Shown: piece after piece, positions 52,000-64,000 of the stretch | Numbering within the stretch: position 1 is the first letter of the stretch | How the letters are laid out: each line of letters starts with the position of its first letter | Source of the DNA: Epiperipatus broadwayi | Taxonomy: Eukaryota > Animalia > Onychophora | Direction: 5' to 3' | DNA: 64,000 nucleotides | Assembly (NCBI GenBank): GCA_028023455.1 | Contig: JAQFVV010000008.1 | Location: 7,502,001-7,566,000, forward strand | Program-made: the position numbers and the translations under genes | Notes under the pieces: generated by a model | The model's database searches: none | What the model saw: the letters and a program-made list of their open reading frames with translations, nothing else | Told to the model about the DNA's origin: nothing

Positions 52000-54250
52000 T
52001 GTATTTCTATATAGCAATCCTTAGATATTTTATCCGTCACCCTTGAATTTTGTGTACATTTATTTGCCTTTCCATGGTATATATTATTCCAGCTTGAAAT
52101 ACTTCAGGACGATTTTGGTTTGCTTCAGATAGAGATATTTCTCCCTGTACTCCAAATGAATGAGGCCTATTTGTTGTTATTCTAATTTAAAGTGATGTGG
52201 GATCAGGGTATAGGTCTAATTTGTAATGGCCTGTGCAATATAAACATTTTTTATAATGAATTTAAGCTGCTTTAATACTGATTGTTCTTTTAATGCAAAA
52301 AGTGAAATATATATGTGTGTACATCTTTAGAACACATATTAATAGAATCAATAAAATCAGTCAACACTTAAATTCCAATATTAATAGCAATCAACAATCT
52401 CACACTGTTACTGTTATTAAGGCAACCTCCTTTTAACAATAGAGGTTACCTTAACAGTTTGAGAATATGGATTGTTACCGATGTTTGGCAGTGTCTAGGT
52501 ATTGATGGTTTTAATGATAACTTATAAACCCATTTAGCCTTGAACATTATTACACTTATTATCTAACCAATAGAATCATATAAATAATAAATTATTTAGA
52601 CATATCCACATTTATTAAAATTAAGGATGATGGGAAAAAGTATGAAAAAAGAATGACAATTAAAAGGGCATATTATATAAAATTACTAAGAATTAACTGG
52701 ATGAAAAAAGTTTCCAATGAAAAATTATACTTTTAAAAAGTTAATCAAGAATTTTACTGAAAAAAATCACAGAATAAAAATTAGAACTGTTTTGCTCACA
52801 TATGTGTCAAATGATGACTAAAAAATAAATACACCGATAGATGATATTAGAAAAAAGCGCAAAGTTAATTCATATTAATTCAGTATTCATGCAAGAAATA
52901 AATAAAACTGAGGAGATTGTGAAAAATCTATTCTATGCTCATGGTCACAAAACATGACTTCTAAGACATGAATGAATTTATAACAATGGCAAACTCTGGA
53001 GAAAATCATATGATCATATATTAATGGAAAGTTTTAGAAAGCAGTCATCGTCTATGATTCTAGAGCCACTGACGGTAAGCTTGAGTTCATTAATGAATAC
53101 TAAACATTAATATTATTTTTGGCTTTTGTCTTTGAATTAGTGAGGATTTAGGATTCAAAATCACATCTAATGCATTTATGCAAATAAATTCAAAAAACTT
53201 TAACATTTTCAACTTGAACTAAGAACTGAGAACTAGGTCACTGTTGATATCAATTTTCTGGCAACTATAAGCCCTTCTATTCTTTAGCTATGAAAGATTA
53301 TATCAACAAAACATCACATTTCATCTTGACTTAGTTTTAACTTGCTTCCAAAAGCAGTTTTTGCTTAAGTTAATCAGTGGATACTAGGGGTTTTGCTATT
53401 ATATTCATATTTTGATGAGGAAATCCTATCATACATTAAAGTATTTAAGTTGCAAACTGATGCTTATTAAAAATCTGCATTTAAAATTATTAATTTTCAT
53501 AAAATGACTTCAATAAATTTTTCAAAATACAATTATTTAAAGTAAACTTTGAAAAGTTATGGTTAAAATCTAATTTATATAAAACAGTTAAGTAACTGCT
53601 GCTAAGATAAATTAAAAAAATCATTTCCTTAAAAGTATTTTAAATAGAAAAAAAAATCTAAGAATATGAAAATGATTATTGATTAGTGAAATATATATAT
53701 TAAAAGAAACTATTGCTTGGTTATCGTAACATTTCAAAGGAAATATGTTTGCATTTTAATTTTTTTTTTAACTTATTATTTTCCTTCAAGTTGACATCAT
53801 AAGAACATTATTGCTCCTGAATAATCCATTATCTGCTAAAAATGATAATCATTATTGGGATGATAAAATCCATACATTTCTCAGCTAATTATTCTTCTCT
53901 TCTTTTACAATCAATCTTTCTAATAAGCATTATACATTTTTCTAATAAATTACTGTGATTATAATTGGCAAATTTCAACTTGGCTATGCTTCAAATGAGG
54001 GTTTAGATCTACTATGATCAAGCATCAACATTTGTCTGTTGTACATGACAAACTCAAAAGTCTTCACAATTTCTTCAATGTTTAACTTTCACTTCTAAAA
54101 AAATCACAAAAGTTATCATAGATGAAACAATTCTAATCTTCATTTTTAAAATATATATTTTATTTCCATTATGTCCAGGTTATTAGACCATAATGAATCT
54201 TTTGATTACTGGATCCTTTCTGGTCGATAAATGATTAAAACAGGCAACTA
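52000..54250 (-). mobile_element. Degenerate I-clade non-LTR retrotransposon (RT plus RNase H)
   Basis: Fragments LLERLI.., VQVENVKVF (cf. V..VKFLG), TELI*INFAL (RNase H EL.AI..AL) and IPRHC..GN (cf. WIPSHxGIxGNE). Confidence 0.45.
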
Positions 54251-54824
54251 AAATTTTTGTCTTTATTATTAATTTTAAAGTCAACTGCTGATCATGTTGG
54301 GCATAATTTTTGTTTTCTTCATATTTATTTATTATAGCATCTTTTCATTCTTTTTTTAATCTTCTTAATGAAAGTCTCAAAGTGTATCTCTCATTGATGA
54401 TGTTTTGTCCATAAATTCTGAATCTGCACCTGGCTTTACTCATTACACATTCAATGTACAAGATGAAAAGATGAGGTGGTAACATGTTAGTCTTATTTAA
54501 TTCTTTCATCAAGATGATCTTTTTAATACATCACTTTTATTAAATGTTATCTACTTCTATATATTTACTCTTCCCATACATCTCACTTAATTTTATTTCA
54601 TATCTACACAAAAGATATTCATAAAATGCAAGAAAGTATACTTGAAAAAATATTTTTGAATTCTAAAACATTAAAGAATAAGAGCAAAATATTAAATTTT
54701 ATTTTTTACTTTCATTAAAACTATTTTTTAAAAAAAAAAAAATCTCCAAATAAAAGCATAAAATAAAATTTGAGTGTGTATATAAACTTTAACAAAACAC
54801 AATAAAATAGAATAATGAGCTCAC

Positions 54825-55053
54825 ATTTAATATCTGTTGAAGCATAAACTTGTTTTTGATCATATTCTGCTGCTGAGAAAGTTCCATTTTCTTCTGTCTT
54901 ACAAAACCCTCGAGTTATAATAGCCAAATAATTCTCAAGCATGGCAGCTGGATTACCAGTCTTGCTATATGTTTTACTCATTATCTGTAAAAGAACTTCA
55001 TATTTCTCAGGATTGAAATCTTTAGTTAATACAATAAGGGAAAAATACTTCAC
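54825..55053 (-). CDS. DENND10: DENND10/FAM45 coding exon (5'-most found)
   Basis: tttttag acceptor and GTGAGC donor, 229 nt, phases 0/1. It encodes VKYFSLIVLTKDFNPEKYEVLLQIMSKTYSKTGNPAAMLENYLAIITRGFCKTEENGTFSAAEYDQKQVYASTDIK. KDFNPEKY and EENG are DENND10 motifs. Confidence 0.95.
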
Positions 55054-56494
55054 CTAAAAAAATAAAATAAAAGATTAAATTATAAGAGCAATATATTTTA
55101 CATAAATAAGCAAGATAAAACATTTAAAACAAATTTGATAGTAAAATAAAATTTATTTAATAATTAGGAATATATTTTATCTGCATAAATGTGTACAAAC
55201 ATTTATATAGATAAAGAAAAGTTATTAATAGACTGCCCTCCAATGAAGGCCTTCACAACAGTATACAAAAAGGAATAGCTTGCCAATTGCTGGGTAGTGC
55301 AAAGTTTATTTCACTTCTTTATTTTACTTTCTAATCAAAAAATATATGAATGGCTAGGTGGACTGATTACGGCCAGCTATGTGAAAAAAAATTCTAAGAT
55401 TGCTACCAATATGGAAAAAAAAATTGGTTAATTCAGTGGATTTTAAAATTCAGGTTAGGAATATGGCAGACAGACTTGTCATATAGTATGTTAACAAAAC
55501 CATAAATGTAGACACAATTTTAAAACTTGCCTTTTATAAGATAATATAGTGAATTTGCATATACTGTACTACAGAATGATTTCTGTTCAACACCTTTTAA
55601 AAAAACTTTACAACAAATATTATGTTTTACAAAAAAACCAATTATCAAAGATGGTTATATCATTATAAAATAACCATATATTATTGTTTTTATTTTAGAA
55701 TGATATTCATCATGATTAATCTTTAAAATTGCTTGTTGCAATAAAACTTTCAATGCTAACTATTTATATGCTTGTACAATTCATTTTTTTTTTTTTTGCA
55801 AAAAAATTGTAGGAAATAAGTACTATTAAATCAAGCAGTTGACAAATAATTTCTCTATACACATAACGTTGAATCAAGCTCATTATTTTTTTACATGGGA
55901 ATGAATAAAATATTTTTTATATCCAATGTAAGAATGATCCTTTCTTTTAATTTTAATAAAGAGAAAATATTGCTTTACATTCATATAGGATTACTAATAT
56001 AGAAAAGTATTTATGCACGATTGATATTGATAAATTAAAATTTTTAAATTGTATAACATTTTAATGTACAAAATTATATAATGAACACTATTTGCTTTAA
56101 GATAAGTGCATAAATGTATCCCATCCACATATTCATATATATGCATGCACATAAAGAGATTCAAGATAAGATATATGCCTCTTCTTCTTCTTTGATTTAA
56201 AGCAAGTGTACACCCAGAATGAAACTTAGGTTGTAGTTTATAATATAAAAAGAAGTTAATACAATAATAATAAAAGGCATAAAGTATAAATTCAGTAACT
56301 CAGGTCTAATTTAATTTTTGTATATATATATTTTCTTTTGTCCAATCTCAATAACTTGGATTAGAAAGCTTATGGTCATCAGCACTACTTATAATATAAT
56401 GTATAAGTATATGCTACTAAAACTAATTTTGATGCTTTCTATGATTTAGGACTGTGACAATTTTCAATATTAACTGGAAAAGAACCATCTCTAT

Positions 56495-58277
56495 TGTAAC
56501 GGAACTAAGGTATCTGTCGGTTGTTTCAGACAATATACAACATATCTACAAAATATACCAATAAATGATAACAACACAATAATAAAATAAATCTGAAACT
56601 TGAATTATTCCATTACTCCAAACGAGAGAACATATAAATATAACCGATGTTATATCCATACCTGATCGAAGCTGTAACAATACAAATATTGCCACAAGGT
56701 TATCTTTCCAGATCAGACGTCTCTCGGCTGCTGCACTTATTACAGAGTTACAGCGCTTGATTAATTTATAAAATTTAATGGGATTATTACTACTGTACAA
56801 CTATACACGTGTTACTTACTACTCAAATAAAGCACTCATTATAAACAAACCTTCTGGGTAGATTAAACTATTTGCAATGGTGAAGAAAAAAACGAGACGA
56901 GACAGATAAAATAATCTATTAATAAAATAATTACTAAAATAACATAACACAAAAAAAGATTACATGAAACATTTAAAAGTACAATAAAATTATTAAATCT
57001 AATGCTATAGTTAGGTGTGTGTTTAAATCATATGAATGTCTTTAATAGATTGAAATGTTACCAATTATAGTTTTTCTTCCAAGTATTATTTAAGAGTCTA
57101 ATTCATATCTATCTCCCTAATATTTGGAATTGCAATTGCATATAATGGTATGTGAAGAGTATGTGCACGTGTGATATATGTTTGTCAATCATTTACGTTA
57201 CCTAGGAGTTTTTTTTTCTTGATGTTGACTAATGTTCTGCTGGCCATCATGTGGAATTCCTCCACTTCTTTAGTAGAGACGGCCGTTCTTCAGCTCTGGC
57301 TTTTTTCATGGAATTTCTTCTTCCTAGGCTTCACAGTACTAGGGATTAATGGCATGCCAGGTGGACCATCAGGCAGGTGCTACACTGACAGTTGTTTCAT
57401 GGTGAGGTGACCGTACGAGCACGGAAGGTTTGGAACAACTAGCGACCATGATGGCCCTTAGGTGAACATTCTTGAAGATTCACTCGTATATTAGATTTGT
57501 TCATATTCATTCAAATTTTGGCCAGTTTTAAACGAAGATGTCTTTTACTCAGCTTTTTTTTTTCTGCTCCCCTCAAAGGTCTGATACTCTCTTCCTTCTC
57601 AACTCAAGATCTCTCACCGAAATCTCCTTGCTAATTAAAAATGTCTCTCTCCAGAATTCATTTCTTATCTTGATCTATTGTTCATTGGAATTTGTAGGTT
57701 TTTTTCCCACACCTTTAACTTTAACATTTCTTCTACAGTTTACATAAAATTTATTTTCTTAAATTCTAATTTCATAATATTTTATAAAATGGGTTTTACA
57801 TTCTTTTCTTTTTTTATAATAAAATTATTTTCATTTAAACATACAATAAATTTTCCCCTTCTTTATCCACACATTCACATACGTATTTCATTTAGTCAAA
57901 ATGTGTATTTTGAAGAGCAGACTTTTATCTTTTATCATAATCTAAATGTCACCTTTTTAAATCATTTAATTCTCCTTTTATTTATATTTCCTTTTTACAT
58001 TTTTAATCCTAAACTTAATATATGATTCTACTATTTCTAACTTTTAATATTTCTATTTTTCAAAATATTAACTTTGAAGGGTAAAAGATAAGAATCTTGT
58101 TCGATTCCATTTCCCTCTCTTTTATTTCATTACAGTAATTAATGCATTCCTTTCTTAAGTGATTGGAACCATTTTAATTATTTGTATATTTTCAAAAAAA
58201 AAAACTATAGTATGTAATATTATTTAATATCAAATATATACATGTGGGATTACAGTATGTACGATTATCACATTACA
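56495..58277 (-). mobile_element. 3' LTR (~1.78 kb)
   Basis: Colinear direct repeat of 60942-62623, adjacent to the PPT aaaaaaaaggagggaa on the minus strand. Confidence 0.9.
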
Positions 58278-58979
58278 TCATTCCCTCCTTTTTTTTGTAA
58301 AGAATTTAATTCTTAATTATTGTTATTATGACACTATCATATCAACATACTCTTAATCTTGATTAAGTGATGGTGAGAATATTCCTAGAGAGACAACCAG
58401 GCAATTATGTTTCTACTCCATTGATCGCATCAGCACTATCAAACCGATTTAATCTCAGTTTATACCAAATGATAAGTGGGTTCAATTCTGCCCCTTGATT
58501 GTAAATACAGGTTAGAGTCCACAGGATATCTCTGCTACTCGATTAAACCTGTTCATACCCAATATTTCAAACCTTATAGACCACTAAGTGATAATTCTGA
58601 TCACTATACTGAAGTGGATTTGATGACTGGAATTTCTTGTCCAGCTAGTTCAATGAGCTCAGAGTTTCTTACTGACGTCTCATTGTACAAGGGTTCTTTC
58701 CCTGTATATTTTTTTATGTTTCAGTGACTCGCAATATGTAACAAATATTTAACTGGCATTTTCGATCCAGTGAGTTCTTGATATGAGAAGAGGTTATTTA
58801 TCCATATCTTTCCTGCCTACTAACATCTGGTGCACCGCAGAAACTCACTCACGAATATATAGAACAGAGATGGCTTACTATGTACTAACAGGATCCCTAC
58901 TAAAATGTCTGTCCCTACACACCTCAATTTGGATAACTAATTATTCATAGTATGTCCCTTTAACTGGTTGGCCATTTAT

Positions 58980-59920
58980 TGGCTCTCTCTTCCTTTATTT
59001 TATTTATTTTTTTCCATCTTCATTAATCTTGATCCAGGCCACTCCAATTGTTGTACCATTGAATCTGTCCAATCCTTATTTTGCTATTAGCTTTTATCTG
59101 GAGGTTGTCTGATCCTGTGGGACCCATATCTGCTTGTTCTGGGATGTGGATTCTGATCTCTATGCTCTCTATACTCTGTCCATTCATATGGATGCTTCCA
59201 TTCAGTCTCACCTCTATGTTGTCCATCTTCTTGCGCTCTTGGGTTCCTCTCCGGAAAATTCTTTGTTTTCTTCCCACCGACTTTTATTAGGATTATCTAT
59301 GTGATTTCCATTGTCTATATCTGTATATCCTACAGTGGCTCTCGGTTCGATACATTTTATTTCTGTATTTACATTGTTACTTGCTGACCTCCTTATAGTC
59401 TCTTCTAATTTTGAATCTAACCTTTCTACTACTCTTACTACTTGATTTATGTCCCACTGCACATTTTCCAGCGCCCTATTATTTTCTAATCTCATGACTT
59501 CAATTTCCTCCCTTTTATCTAACTTCCTCATTTCCACTTCATGCTGCACTATTTCCACTCTCGTTCCATGCTTTCCCTTTCCTGTCCATTCCCCATGTCT
59601 CTTGTATCTGATATCTCGTGGGAGTTACTCCTCATCTCTTCTATAGCTTTCAGCAATTCTTTTGCTACTGTCCATTGCTATCTTCACACACCATTCTTCC
59701 ATTATTCTTGTATAAGTTTCCTTCATTCTTTCTTCCCTGTCCTTGCATTTCTTCATAAACTGTTGCTCTTCCTTTCTCAATTGCGTGAGTATACTCATCA
59801 CATTATATTCTATCCTTCATTTCTTGTTGTGTAATATCCGCTCTCTCTATCTCATTATTTTCGTCCAATTCCCTCAATTCATTTATTTGGTTGTCCATTC
59901 TAGTTTGGGACCTTGTATGC
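58980..59920 (-). pseudogene. Disrupted gag-like ORF
   Basis: It starts MHTRSQTRMDNQINELRELDE.., has a coiled-coil-like segment (EIEVMRLENNRALE..VVERLDSKLEE), and then LDRFNGTTIGVAWIK (cf. capsid FxG...W). It has frameshifts and stops. Confidence 0.6.
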
Positions 59921-60096
59921 ATAGATATATTTTAATTAACCCTTCTTAATATATTTATAGTTTCCTCTCTACTGATTATCTCCGTTCTTTATTCTCTTAT
60001 ATTGCGATTTGCTACTTTAGTTATTATATTTAATATGATGATTGGCATTTAGAACGCTAGCCAATCCAAACACCTGCTCCGGTTCACCATTTTACC

Positions 60097-60345
60097 TACC
60101 TGCCCTAGATTCATTTAACCCACTACATATATAAACTCTTAATTATTCTACTTCACTAAATGATGCACTTATATATTTTTTCATATTCTACCTTAACTTG
60201 ATTTAAACACTATAATTATTGTACCTGCCCTAGATTCATTTAACCCACTACATATATAAACTCTTAATTATTCTACTTCACTAAATGATGCACTTATATA
60301 TTTTTTCATATTCTACCTTAACTTGATTTAAACACTATAATTATT
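60097..60345. repeat. Exact tandem duplication (125 bp period) in the leader of the LTR element
   Basis: tacctgccctagattcatttaacccac...aaacactataattatt at 60097-60220 and 60222-60345. Confidence 0.92.
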
Positions 60346-60919
60346 CCCACTCCATTAATGATTTATGTATAAATTCATTATATTCCGACCCTATTCCAAA
60401 CAATACGCATTTCTGATATATTTTCTAACACTATGTTTATAATTTATCGATCACTTTATTGTCGTGATTATTTTAAAATCACACACATATATATTTTTCT
60501 TCAACTTAACTGACATATTTCGTTACACTATATTTATTATTTATAGATAACACCTTCCTGAAACTTTCTTAATTCTACTTGACTTAAACACCTTATATTT
60601 CTTTAACCGCAATTGCATCTAGATAATATATCTCTGATCGTTACACTTATATATATTTGAATAATTCTTTTCTTAAATTAAATACGTCACAACAAAACTT
60701 CAAAAGATTTCCTGATATTAAAATTTCCCCCTTTCTATCTTTTCTACACATGTGACATAGAAATACATATATCGAGAATTATGATCTATCCCCCTCGTCT
60801 TCGCTCCTCACCACTCTGATTTATTAAAACTAATTTTATATATATATCTTTTTTTTTTTTAAATATTTACTTTATTTACAAAATTTACCCGACACGTGAT
60901 TACCAATTGTACAGCAACA

Positions 60920-60938
60920 AATCCCGGACTGGCCCCCA
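60920..60938 (-). other. Primer-binding site complementary to tRNA-Pro
   Basis: The minus strand reads TGGGGGCCAGTCCGGGATT, 3 nt from the LTR. The canonical tRNA-Pro PBS is TGGGGGCTCGTCCGGGATT (2 mismatches). Confidence 0.85.
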
Positions 60939-60941
60939 AAA

Positions 60942-62623
60942 TGTAATGGAACTAAGGTATCTGTCGGTCGTTTCAGACAATATACAACATATCTACAAAA
61001 TATACCAATAAATGATAACACAATAATAAAATAAATCTGAAACTTGAATTATTCCGTTACTCCAAGCGCGAAAACATATAAATAGAATCGATGTTATATT
61101 CATACCAGATCGAACCTGTAACAATACGAATATTGCCCAAGATTATCTTTCCCAATCAGATGTCTCTCAGCTGCTGCACTTATTACAGAGTTACAGCGCT
61201 TGATTAATTTATAAAATTTAATGGGATTATTACTACTGTACCACTATCCACACGTGTTATTTACTACTCAAATAAAGCACTCATTATAAACAAACCCTCC
61301 GGGTAGATTAAACTATTTGGAATGGTGAAGAAAAAACAAGACGAGACAGATAGAATAATCTATTAATAAAATATTTACTATAATAACATAACAACAAAAA
61401 AAGATTACATGCAACATTTAAAAGTACAATAAAATCATTAAATCTAATGCTACAGTTAGGTGTGTGTTTAAATCATATGAATGTCATTAATAGATTGAAA
61501 TAAGTTATCAATTATATAGTTTTTCTTCCAAGTACTATTTAAGAGTCTAATTCATATCTATCTCCCTAATATTTGGAATTGCAATTGCATATAATGGTAT
61601 GTGAAGAGTATGTGCAAGCGTGATATATGTTTGTCAATCATTTACGTTACCTAGGTTTTTTTTCTTTTGACATTCTTTTGACATTGACTAATGTGCTGTT
61701 GGCCGTCATGTGGAATTCCTCCACTTCTTTAGTAGAGATGGCCGTTCTTCGGCCCCGGCTTTTTTCATGGAATTTCTTCTTCCTATACGCAGTAACTTCA
61801 CAGTACTAGGGGTTAATGGCATGGCAGGTGGACCATCAGGCAGGCACTACACCAGCAGTTGTTTCATGGGGAGGTGATTGTATGAGCACGAGGGATTTGG
61901 ATCAACTAGTGGCCGTGATGGCCCTTAGCCACACATTCTTGAAGATTCACTCGTATATTAGATTTGTCGCATATTCATTCAAATTTTGGTCCATCTTAAA
62001 CGAAGATATCTTTTTCTTTTACTCAGCTTTTTTTTTTCTGCTCTCCTCAAAGGTCTAATACTCTCCTCCTTCACAACTCAAATTCTCTCACCGAAATCTC
62101 CTCATTAATTAAAAATGTCTCTCTCCAGAATTCCTATCTTATTGAACTATTGTTCATTGGAATTTGTAGGTTTTTTTTCCACATCTTTAACTTTAACATT
62201 TCTTCTACAGCTTACATAAAATTTCTTTTCTTAAATTCTAATTTCATAATATTTTATAACATGGGTTTTACATTCTTTTCTTTTTTTATAATAAAATTAT
62301 TCTCATTTAAACACACAATAAATTTTCCCCTTCTTTATCCACACATTCACATACATATTTCATTTAGTCAAAATGTGTATTTCTAACTTTTAATATTTCT
62401 ATTTTTCAAAATATAAATTTTGAAGGGTAAAAGATAAAAATCTTGTTCGATTCCATTTTCCTCTCTTTTATTTCATTACAGTAATTAATGCATTCCTTTC
62501 TTAAGTGATTTGAACCATTTTAATTATTTGTATATTTTCAAAAAAAAAACCTATAGTATGTAATATTAATTAATATCAAATATATACATGTGGGATCACA
62601 GTATGTGCGATCATCACACTATA
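60942..62623 (-). mobile_element. 5' LTR (~1.68 kb, carries a ~125 bp deletion)
   Basis: Direct repeat of 56495-58277. It lacks the segment equivalent to ~57911-58036, with a tattt microhomology at the junction. Confidence 0.9.
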
Positions 62624-63284
62624 TTATTGATTTAATTTTACAGTGCCAAAATTCATACATAAATATAAATTTTGGCTTTTAAAAAAAATAACATGCATGC
62701 AAACTATCATTCTCTACCTCCCAATATATAATAATTCTAGTAATTGTAAAAGTATAGGTTTTCATATAATATTTCAAGAAATTAAACTTTTAATGCTTCT
62801 TTTGTTTCACATAATCATTAGTAAAAACCCCTCATAAACAAACAAGGGCATTCTAACTTTAGAAGGAAAAAAACCCCAGAAAGACATAGAATAAGAAGTT
62901 AGAATCAAAAAATTGGCCAACAGATTTTACTATGTATGTAATTGAAGGATTGAAATGTGATTGTTCAGACATATTGTCATAGACAGTGTAGAGAAATCAT
63001 TAAAAGTCTGAGAAAAATAAAATAATCAGATCTTATATTAACCTATGCGAATAAGATAGTAAATTAAAAGAAAGTGGAGTGAGAATGAAAAAATAATTAA
63101 TTTGTTTATAATAATTATTAATGAATATTGTTGAGATGATAATTTTCACATTTATCTTTCATTCAACTATATATATTTTTTTTCTATTATGTATTTCATT
63201 AGCAGCCAATTGCAAATGAGCATAATTTGTATAACCTTAATTTATATATAAACACACGAACACACACACATATATCTTTGGTAT

Positions 63285-63740
63285 TGTAACGATCCGGAGA
63301 AGGACTTAACATCATCTGCACTACAGGGCACCATCTAGGCATTTGAACCTAGAAAAATTTATAAAGTAGGCAGATATGTAAGTAAAAAAAAAAAAATTGT
63401 TTTTTTTTTTAAATTTTGATTCCGGTCGTTAGCCCAAGTCACTAGCTCAGGGAGTAGCAGAGATTTAATAATATAATATCTTATCTAATTATATTTCAAT
63501 ATTAAAAAATAAATAAAATAAGCCACTGCCAGTAATTAACATACAAAAATTTATTTACGCATATATATATATAAGATTTAACATTATTATTTTAGTATGT
63601 TTATTTTAGATTTTAATTTGATTTTATAATTTAAATTTACATTTTAATTTTTATAATATTATAAGTTTACATTTTAATTAAGTTCGCACAGATGGATTTA
63701 TGAAAGTTTGTTTTATAATGTTGAGTATAGATCGGTTACA
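63285..63740. mobile_element. Candidate solo LTR (~456 bp)
   Basis: TGTAACGATC ... GATCGGTTACA inverted termini. No TSD found. Confidence 0.45.
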
Positions 63741-64000
63741 TAGATTACACGGTTAAAAACATTTCAAAGTAAACATAAACGATCAAAATACAAAATCATT
63801 GATATCATCAATTGCATAGGGAATACAAGAAACCCAATAGTGTTCATCATAAGACACCGCATTAACACCAATAACTTAAAAAACATCCGAATAAATACAT
63901 CTTAGATACTCACCGTAAGGTATCAGTATTTACCGAATGTCTATATATTTTGATCACCTATGAAAACCCAAAACATAATTAACCGATAACCAATCCATGC

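Larger units (their letters stand above)
56495..62623 (-). mobile_element. Non-autonomous gag-only LTR retrotransposon with very long LTRs
   Basis: LTRs at 56495-58277 and 60942-~62623 (TGTAA..TTACA). PBS at 60920-60938 and PPT at ~58281-58296. The 2.66 kb internal region has only a disrupted gag-like frame. Flanks ctat/ttat are a near-match 4-bp TSD; the right end is ambiguous by a few nt. Confidence 0.85.

Noticed and set aside
57230-57330. CTGAAGA followed by palindrome ACGGCCGT on the minus strand of the long LTR, as a hammerhead
   Set aside because: No GAAA box at the required position, and the second LTR has CCGAAGA instead.
57170-57420. Small basic ORF encoded within the long LTR (minus strand, PRKKKFHEKS..)
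   Set aside because: The frame is not preserved between the two LTRs and has nearby stops in all frames.
63800-63880. HYWVSCIP as the DENND10 N-terminal WxWxYP motif
   Set aside because: Only a few identities, no EKDxNG motif, an in-frame stop shortly after, and no compatible donor.
1-64000. tRNA, rRNA and snoRNA genes
   Set aside because: None were recognised by eye. The only tRNA-complementary sequences are retroelement PBSs. A tRNAscan-SE or Infernal run would be needed to exclude them.

Overview
This is an AT-rich, intron- and TE-rich animal genomic window, probably from an invertebrate (inference). It holds two convergent host genes. The 3' end of SRP72 (+) has three coding exons: 1-99, 3971-4013 and 5677-5818. 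Five coding exons of DENND10/FAM45 (-) lie at 54825-55053, 45332-45443, 25120-25328, 22320-22414 and 13312-13485; its 5' exons were not found. Nearly everything else is transposon-derived. (i) A Mag-clade Ty3/Gypsy element (+, ~30.9-36.2 kb) sits inside the LTR of an internally deleted Mag element on the opposite strand (~30.6-38.5 kb). (ii) A gag-only LTR element has ~1.7-1.8 kb LTRs and a tRNA-Pro PBS (56.5-62.6 kb). (iii) There are two solo-LTR candidates, an RTE, an I-clade LINE, a mariner, a Tc1/mariner-type MITE, a Kolobok-like TIR element, hAT and Sola-like remnants, and several Penelope-like (PLE) remnants. The most notable non-coding signal is a three-copy repeat whose copies jointly reconstruct a minimal PLE-type hammerhead ribozyme (CTGAGGA-stem II-GAAAC-GTC); one copy lies on the sense strand of an SRP72 intron. 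There are also several long foldback palindromes and a clear CpG-decay signature between paired LTRs. Exon, PBS and palindrome coordinates were counted by hand. TE remnant boundaries are approximate, and family calls rest on recalled motifs, not database searches.
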